Positions 50,501 through 59,500 of a DNA stretch of 60,356 bases are shown in pieces; within the stretch, counting starts at the first letter, position 1; every line of letters begins with the position of its first letter. The DNA lies in assembly GCA_031379725.1 (NCBI GenBank), contig JANNFJ010000380.1, forward strand, positions 1-60,356, written 5' to 3'. A program made the position numbers and the translations under genes. Origin of the DNA: Calothrix sp. OTE_75_metabat_31. Its GTDB lineage: Bacteria; Cyanobacteriota; Cyanobacteriia; Cyanobacteriales; Nostocaceae. The notes under the pieces are model-generated. The model was not told the origin of the DNA. It did no database searches and saw only the letters and a list, made by a program, of their open reading frames with translations.

Positions 50501-53500
50501 CGTTTGCTTTTGACCCCGATAACCCAGGATTCGTACCGCAGGAACGTAATGGTAAGGGTGAATTGACCATCCTTGAAGGTAGCGACGCATCTGTAACTCA
50601 TACCGTGTCGGGATTACCTGCGGGTGCTAAGTTCGATGTTGACACTGCAATGTTTACCTGGACACCCGGTTATACGAGTGCAGGTATATATAATGTCACC
50701 TTTACTGCTACCGATGATGGTAATGGTACAGGGGTGAGTAAGGTGACAAGTATTGTAGTACCGATTACGATTCGTAATACTAATCGGGCACCATTATTTG
50801 ATAATGTTGCTCTAGCGGCTAATGGTATCAGCACAATCAAAACCATCACTACATTCAACCCAGATGGTACACCCGTTGTTGATAAAACAGCGTTCACCAA
50901 TGTTGATGTGAATCGTGGTGAGATTAAGGAAATTACCTTCAAAGTTACTGACCTTGAAAGCGATAATTTGCAGCTAAATCTTGAACTTGAAAGGAATGCG
51001 GGTGAGGGAATACCCAGCTTTATTAAACCGTTGCGGAATAATAATGATGGTACTTGGACGCTGCGTGTTGAACCGGGTAATGAAGCATTTGGTAACAATT
51101 ATTCCTTCAAGTTAGTTGCAACCGAGGTTCGTACCGATGGAACAACTGCCCTTAGTAGTGATTTGACATTCAATGTCAACATTATTGCACCTAATAGCGC
51201 ACCTCAAATTGGTTACATTGGCGACAAGGTTGCAGTTGTTGGAGAAAGCTTAGAATTCCTTGTTAATACTGCTGATAGAGACCAAGACCCTCTCAATTAC
51301 ACAGTTACGGGATTGCCGAATGGTGTTTCTTCAACGCTGACTCGAACGGCAATATACGGTCAATCGCTGTTTAAGTGGACACCAACAGCAGGAAATATTG
51401 GTACTTACAATATCTCTATCAAGGTTGTTGATAGTGGTAACAACGGTAAAGGTGGAGTACTTGACGATACCGAAACCTTCAAGATAAATGTCCGTACTAG
51501 CAACAATGCCCCAGTTTTAGGAACTTTGGGTAATCGCACTATCCAAGAAGGAGAAACTCTCTCGTTACAGCTTGCTGCGACCGATAGCGATGGGGATGCA
51601 ATTAGGTATACTGCACGCAATCTCCCGACTGGTGCTGTTGTTGATGCTAGGACTGGTTTGCTGACATGGACACCCGATTACTCGCAAGCTGGAATCTACG
51701 ACAGCATTGAGATTATCGCATCTGATGGTAATAAGTCGGTAACTAAGTCGCTTGCATTAACGGTTGAGAATACTAACCAAGCACCTATATTTACACCACT
51801 TGCCGTTCAGTACGGACAAGAAAACAATAGGGTTACATTCAAGCTGGTTGCGGATGATGCTGACCGTGCTGGGGTGGAATATACTGCTGTAGGAACGCTG
51901 CCACCAGGTGCAATATTAAACACTGCAACGGGTGAATTTACTTGGAAGCCTAATTATGACCAAGGTGGGGAATATGTTCTCAAGTTCCAAGCTAAAGACC
52001 CACAGGGTGCAGTTGCACTTCAAGATGTGGTGGTTCGTATTGCCAATGTCAACCGCGCACCATCGCTGACTGTATCTGATAGAGCAGTAGCATTGGGCGG
52101 TAAGTTGGAATTTAAGCTTAACGGTAGCGACCAAGATAAGAATACAACGCTTAAATACAGTGCTGTCAATCTACCCGAAGGCGCAATTCTCGATGTGACA
52201 ACGGGACAGTTTAGCTGGCAACCATCACCTGGACAGGTTGGTAATTATAGCGTTACGTTCAATGTCTCGGATGGAGAAACAATCACGAATGCAACTGCAC
52301 TTGTTCGAGTTGCCCTTGCATCCGTACCTCCGACTGTGACGCTTGATTTGACACCGAGTTTCCCTGCTGTACCCGGACAAAAGGTGGTGGTGCAAACTAC
52401 TGCTGCTGGAGTAGCTGCAATTACTTCGTTGACGACAACGGTGGCAGGACAGGCAGTAACGCTTGATACCTTCGGTCGATTTGAGTTTACACCTACTGCA
52501 CCAGGTCGTGTGGTGGTGGAAGCAATTGCTACCGATGCAGATGGCTATATTGGTAGAACTAGCACGGTGGTGAAGGTGCGGGATATTAATGATAATTCTG
52601 CACCTGTAGTTAGCTTTGCGGCTGGGTTTGATGGTAGTAAGGTAGGAAATACTACTAATATTACTGGAACAATTGCTGATACCAATTTGGATGAGTGGGT
52701 ATTGGAGATTGCAGAATTTGGTAGCGACAAGTTTACTACTATTGCACGGGGTAATCAGTCTCAAAATGGTGTGTTGAGTCAGTTTGACCCTGGTCGATAT
52801 GAGAATGGTTTCTACCAAGTGCGGTTGAAGGCAACTGATATTAGCGGTCGTACCAGCACAAAAGAGTCAGTGATTGAGGTGTCGGGTAAAACTAAGCCAG
52901 GTGCTTATGTACGCAAGGAAACTGACCTCACAACGACGATTGGTGGTGTAACTCTCAACTTGGTACGCAGTTACAATTCGTTGAATGCGGGTGAAACAGG
53001 TACGTTTGGTAGTGGTTGGAGTTTGGCAAATATTGATACCAATATCCAAACCAACATACAGCCAACAGGTAGGGAAGAACTTGGTGTATATAATCCACTC
53101 CGTACTGGTACGCGATTGTACCTGACTGCACCCAATGGAGAAAGAGTTGGATTTACGTTTGCTCCTACGAAGGTGACGATTCCTGGTGCTACTTACTACA
53201 CCCCTGCATGGGTTGCTGATAGTGGTGTTAGCTATACCCTCGAATCGGTTGATAGCAAGCTTATTCAGTCGGGTAGTAGCTTCTACGATATGAAGACTGG
53301 GTTTGCTTATAATCCAGCAAGTGGTAGGTTTGATGGCTACGAGTATAAATTGACTGCGAGTGATGGTAATGTTTACTATCTCAGTAGCAAGAAAGGTGTG
53401 GTTGAGCAGGTCGCAACTAACGGTACTAAGTTAGTTTACAGCGATAGTGGTATTACTTCCTCGACGGGTGAGACGATTCGGTTTGTTAAGGATTTCTTAG

Positions 53501-56500
53501 GTCGGTTTACGCAAGTTACCGCACCCGATGGTAGTTTGGTACGGTACAGCTATGAGGGTAGCAATTTAGTTGCTGCACGTAATCTCTCTAAGGGTAATGC
53601 TAGTCGCTATGGGTATACTGACTCGTTGCTGACTTTGGCAAGTGGTAATCCTGGTACTCCTGGTAGTGCAATTAGCTACGGTACAACTCCGCAAATATCG
53701 AGTATTAAGGGTGACTTGGGTGGTGCGGTGCAATGGAATGGTCAAGCCAACAGTGGGGTTGGTAATGAGCGATATACGTTTAGTTTGAGGGATGGTGAGA
53801 TAGAATCGACTGCTACGGGTATTGTCCTTGTGGGTGTGGATGTTACTGGGGGTGGTGTGCCGTCTGCAGGGTTGACACCAGTAGCTAGTAATGGTAATTA
53901 TGCGCTGTATGCTATTGATAAGGCTGGGTTGAATCAAATTGAAGTTGCGGGGAATGGCGCGTATAATCTGCAACTGACGGTAGCGGGGGATATCAACCGC
54001 GATGGTAATGTTGATGGGGTTGATAGTGGATTGTTGGGGAATGCGATCGCACTCGGTAGTTATAATCAGAACTACGATTTCAACCGCGATGGTAAGTTGA
54101 ATGAGAAGGATGTACAAATTCTCGGTAGCAATTATGGGTTTAGGGCAAATCGTGCCCCTGTTGTTAAACCAACTAACGTACTAACTCACACAGATTTAGA
54201 AACTTTTGTTGAAATTGATACATTAGCAACTGACCCAGAAGGCGACCCAGTATTCTTCCGATTGCTTAACCCTGTTAATGGGGCGGTAATATTTAACCCA
54301 AATGGTGCAGTAGCGAGATTTATGCCCAATGCTGGGTACAACGGTGAGGCGAGTTTTGAAGTTGTTGCAGATGATGGATTTAGTTCATCAACACCCTCTA
54401 AAGTAACGGTTAATGTTAGTAATGCGGCGTTACAAAGTATAGACTTTATAACCCGTGGAATGCACCTCAACACAGGTGATACAGCAGATTTGATACTAGT
54501 TGGGAATTTTGCTGACCAAGAAAATGTATTACTGCCGTACTCGTACTTGCAGTTTGCCGTTGAAAATGCTAACCCAACATCCCCTTTAGTTGCTTCGATA
54601 TCTAATAATGGTGAAGTAACTGGTTTAAATGATGGTGTTGCGTATCTGAAGGCTTCCCGTAACAGCATTAATGCAGTAACGGCACTTCGCGTTGGGGAAA
54701 TACCAGCACCTACAAATCAAGATGAGTTTAACGTTGTTATTGCTGAGGAGCAAGGGTTACAACTTTACCCCGAAGCAGTAACAATGACTCCAGGGATGAC
54801 ACGACGACTGTTGGTGGGGGTTGATGAAAACTTTACACCAAATCTTAGTGCTGCAACCAATGGTACGCGCTACTTTGTTAGCAATTCTGATATCTTGGAA
54901 ATTGATGCAGACGGAAAAATTACCGCACGTAGTAACGGTATTGCTTCGGTAACTGTTATTTATGGTGCTGCCGAATATGTTGTACCCGTCCATGTCAAAA
55001 ACCCAATCGCTGGAGCCAGAGAAATTGGACTCGATGGTGGGGTAGTTCAAGGAAGTGATGGTTCCCAGGTGTTAGTGGGACCAAACACATTTTTTGGGGG
55101 TACACCTGTTAGTATTCAAGAGATACAAAAAAGCACATTTAGCCTACCAATTCCTGAATCGGAGGATTTGCAGTTTGTTAAAGCATTCCGACTGGAATTA
55201 GGTGACATCCCGTTAAACGTTCCCGTACAATTAGCGATTCCTGCTCCAGCTAATTTAGCAGAAGGTACTGAAGTAATTTTCTTGCGCGAAGGAATAGCTC
55301 CAACTGAGTCTGGCGATTGGGAAGCATCCTGGGAGTTGGAAGAGATTGGAATTGTGGGAGCCGATGGCATGATTCGGACACAATCTCCTCCATTGCCCGG
55401 TATTTTAAGAACTGGGAACCGCGTAGCATTAGCATCTCCAAATCCAAAATATACCTTTACCAAAGTTCGTTTTGAATTACCTCCTGCTACGCTTGGGGCA
55501 CTTGCAAATTTAGTATTAACAACTAGCGTTATTTCAACGGTTGCAACATCTGTAATCAACGGTGCTTCGATGTCTTTAGCTCGCTCTGGTGCGGGAGCAC
55601 TGAGTTCTTTAAACCCAGCTAGTTTGAACTCATTTAAAGAACAAGCACAGCAAAAACTGATAAACACTCTTGCGTCTGTGCAAAAGTTTGTAAAACTGAA
55701 ATCGGGTAGCGCAGGTGCAAAAGCTTTACAAGAAGGCGTTAGCCCAGAACTATTAAAACAATGGGCAGCGATGAATCAGACTGCTAAAAATATTAAGTTA
55801 CTAAAAGCAGCTGCACAACAACCTGTTGGGATTCTTGCAGGTGTAGCTGCTGCATTCGGTGGTTCTGCGAATGCATCTGATGGAAGTCGTCTTTCAACCT
55901 CCGCTTCCAGACCTGATTTTGCCTCTGGGTTGGCAGGATTTGGATTAGTTTCAGGGATTGCTGGCTTCATCGCTGGTGGAGCCGGTGCTAGTGTGGCCTC
56001 TACTGCAACAACTCTGGCTACAAATTTAACAGCTTTGGCAGCAGTAAATGCTTTAATGGCACGCAATGTCAAGACCATGACCTTGAGAATATTCCAAGTG
56101 CCTTCGGTTGGACTACCTGAAGTTACAAAAGCAGGAGCAGAAATTAATTCCAGTGGAATTTACGAAATTAAGAATGTAATTCGAGAACCCAAATTAAGTT
56201 TTGATGTAGAAGCATTAACACCACCAATTATCGAATCCGCAGAGTTTGAATTTGTCTCTGAGGGAGAAACCAAAGAGCCTGTTGTTTTCTTGACAGGTAG
56301 TAATTTCCTAAATGGAACAGATGACTTAGGAGGACGCTTAAAAGATTTAGTTGTTGATTTTACAAGTGGTGGTCGAACTTATTCGGCACCAGTATGGGTG
56401 GAAAAAAGCCAAGCACTGGCATACAACCGCTTCAAAATTGCCGTCAAACCACCTGAAATGTTCCCACTTTCTGAAGCCAGCATTTCTTTACGACGACCAC

Positions 56501-59500
56501 AAAAGCTGCGAGTCGGCGATGACCCATCTAAATTTGAAACCATTCAATTAGAGTCACAAAGGCAAATAACTTTATCGCAACCCGAAGTTGAATATGCCCT
56601 TGTTGCACGTCGTTGGTCGGACAAAATAGATGTTATCGACCTCGCAAATCCCAAAATGATTGTGGGCAATACACCCGAAGGAAGTGCTAATTTCTTATCA
56701 GCAAGTATTCCAATTGGCACCCGCACGGAAATTACAGGTTCGCAACGTCCGAGAGAAGTAGCCGCAACTAAGGATGCTGGTCGTGCTTACGCTATTTTAG
56801 ACCGTGGTGGTGTTGCACTCCTAGACTTAATTGCATTCCGTCAAGTTGATACCGACTCTGTTGCTGAAGGTGTTAATACAATTGAGCTTCCGCCTGGTGC
56901 AGTTCCGCAATCTATCGTGATTGAACCACACAGTAATTATGCATATATTGCTGATGGTGTTAAGGATGTAATTTATGTTCTCGACATAAATCCTGGTTCT
57001 GCAAACTACCACAAGGTGCAAACAATCAAGGTTGATGCTCCCAATGGTTTGCGGAAGTTGGCAATTAGTAGCGATGGTCGCAAGCTTTATGGTACGGCAC
57101 CAAATAATCCACAAGGAAAAATTGTTGTTGTTAATATTGACCCTAACGATAAACCAAGTAATCCAGCAACTAATACCCGCAAGTGGCATACTCAAATTGG
57201 TGCAATTTCCACCGCTACTCGCAGCATTGAGGGTATTGAGGCAACATCCGACCCGAAACGCATGGTCTTTACGCATCGCTACTCTGAACCATACGGATTT
57301 GGCTCACTTACTGTTTCTAATGATGACCCCTTAAATTTCACAGCAATTGCAGATAAACCCACAAACTTAAAGCTCAAGTTTGGAGAATTTGAAGTCAACG
57401 AAGCTCGAAATGTTGTAATCACCCGTGACCAGCGATTTGCATTTGTTATCGGTTATAACGGGTATCAAATAAATCGAGGTTTTGATTTAATTGGGGAAAA
57501 TCCTTATAGCCCAGCAACTATCGGCAAATACTATGGTACCAGTATTGGAATTATCCAAGACCCGTTAGAAAATCCAGAACTAATTGCTGCGACTCGACCA
57601 ATTCCAATGGGACTTGGTGTAGATTTATCGCTCACTAGCGATGATAGGTATCTCACTGCAACTTTACCTGGTGTTGATGCATATTTTGTATTCGATGTTG
57701 AGGAAATTGAACGCACGATTAATCTTCTTGCAACAGACAATCAAAATGATTTTTTTGTTGACCGAAAAAGAAAATCTGGTGAAATTTATCAAGGTAAATT
57801 TCCAAGTAATGAACTAATTGGTTTCCAGCAGCTAGAACGTGCAAATCTTGGTGATTTATTCAATATCCCCATTGATGACATCAACCCCTTAATTGATATC
57901 GCAGCCAGATTTGAAGTTACCAGGCTTATAGAAGAACGAAAAAATGTATACAGCATAGAGAAAACTGTTAAGGATATCGATTACGGTGTTCCTAATGATG
58001 CCACTATTAAGAAAAATGCACCAATTGGTCGAGGTGGTAATCCCAGAAGCGTTGACTCTGCTGCACGTAGAGATTGGATCGAGGGGTTTAAAGTTGATGC
58101 AAAACCAAAGCTAGACACTATTATCTCTGATTTGACCCCTACTTTTGAGTGGAGTTTTGATACCTCGATTATTGAAAGTTTCGATAAAATTCGAGAGATT
58201 AAACTCTACGTTAGTACTTTTGATGCATACGAGGGACTTGCACCAAATGATGGTTGGAAACCAACTAAGGATACTACTCCAGTTTGGAGTAATACAGGTA
58301 TTCTAAGCCGCAGTGACTATAACCCTAATCGTATTCTTTCTGCAACCTGGTTAAAAGATAAAAATGGTTGGTTCTGGAATGATGAAAGTGGTAAGCCTAC
58401 AAACCAACCAATCAAAAATAGTGAGGATTTTGAGACAAGCTATTTACGTTTTACGCTACCAAATAGCCGTAAACTGACTGCCGGACAGCAGTATTATTGG
58501 GCAATCGAGGCTTACACTGATAATGGTCTATTTGATGATGACACGGGAGCATTTAAAACTCAGTTACCAGACCCATTGATGGGTACATCGGATAGTTTCC
58601 GTAGCGTAACAATTTTAACCCATGATGTTAATGAGCTAAATCGGGATATTTATGAGACGGGATATAGTATTTCTGGTGAAATTTTAGGAAGCGGTTTCCA
58701 AGGTGCTGTTCTTAAATATGATGCCCTTACTGGTTACTGGTTCCCTGTGAAGAAAGATGGTATTACAGCATTAAGTGATAACTTGAATCCGAAAGTAAAT
58801 AAAACTAACTTACTTGAGCAATTACAAAGTTTCCTCGGTGGTTATGCTGGTAAACCTTTAGTTTTGGTTGCTGATTGGTCGCTAAGTGATGGGGCAAACT
58901 CTGGTTTTGCTGAAGGTGCTGCGGATGCTATGTTTGCTTCGTTGGTACAGTTAGACCAGCGCCTTGGTGGTACTGTTGGCGGCTACGATACCTCTGGGAA
59001 ACTCAACCGTACTCAAGGTAAGATATTTAATTCCCCGCTGCATTTCATTGGTTTTGGGCGCGGTGCGGTAGTAAATACTGAGATTGTCCAGCGTTTAGGA
59101 ACTTTCTATCCGTATGCTGGTGGTACTGTTACAGTAGGCGGCAAACCTGACCCCAAACGCGACCTTCAAGTAACAACGGTTAATCCTTATCAGTACGACC
59201 CAAATTCATCAGTACGCCCAAGTAATATCGCTGACCCCACAGTTACAACTTGGGAAAATGTTACCTATGCAGATAATTACTTCTACAGCAGAGGTGGTTC
59301 TCCAAGGTTCCAAGCATTAACTACGGCTGATTGGAATGTTCCACTTAATAGTATCGAAGAGGGAAGCACTAAACAATCTGCGTCGTCTTGGTATACGGGA
59401 ACGGTGGACTTAAGCGATAGTAAAGATGTTTTCCGTCGTCTCGGTGATTTGGATGCTGCTGGTCGTACCCCAAGTGCGAAGTGGTATACTCCCGACCATA

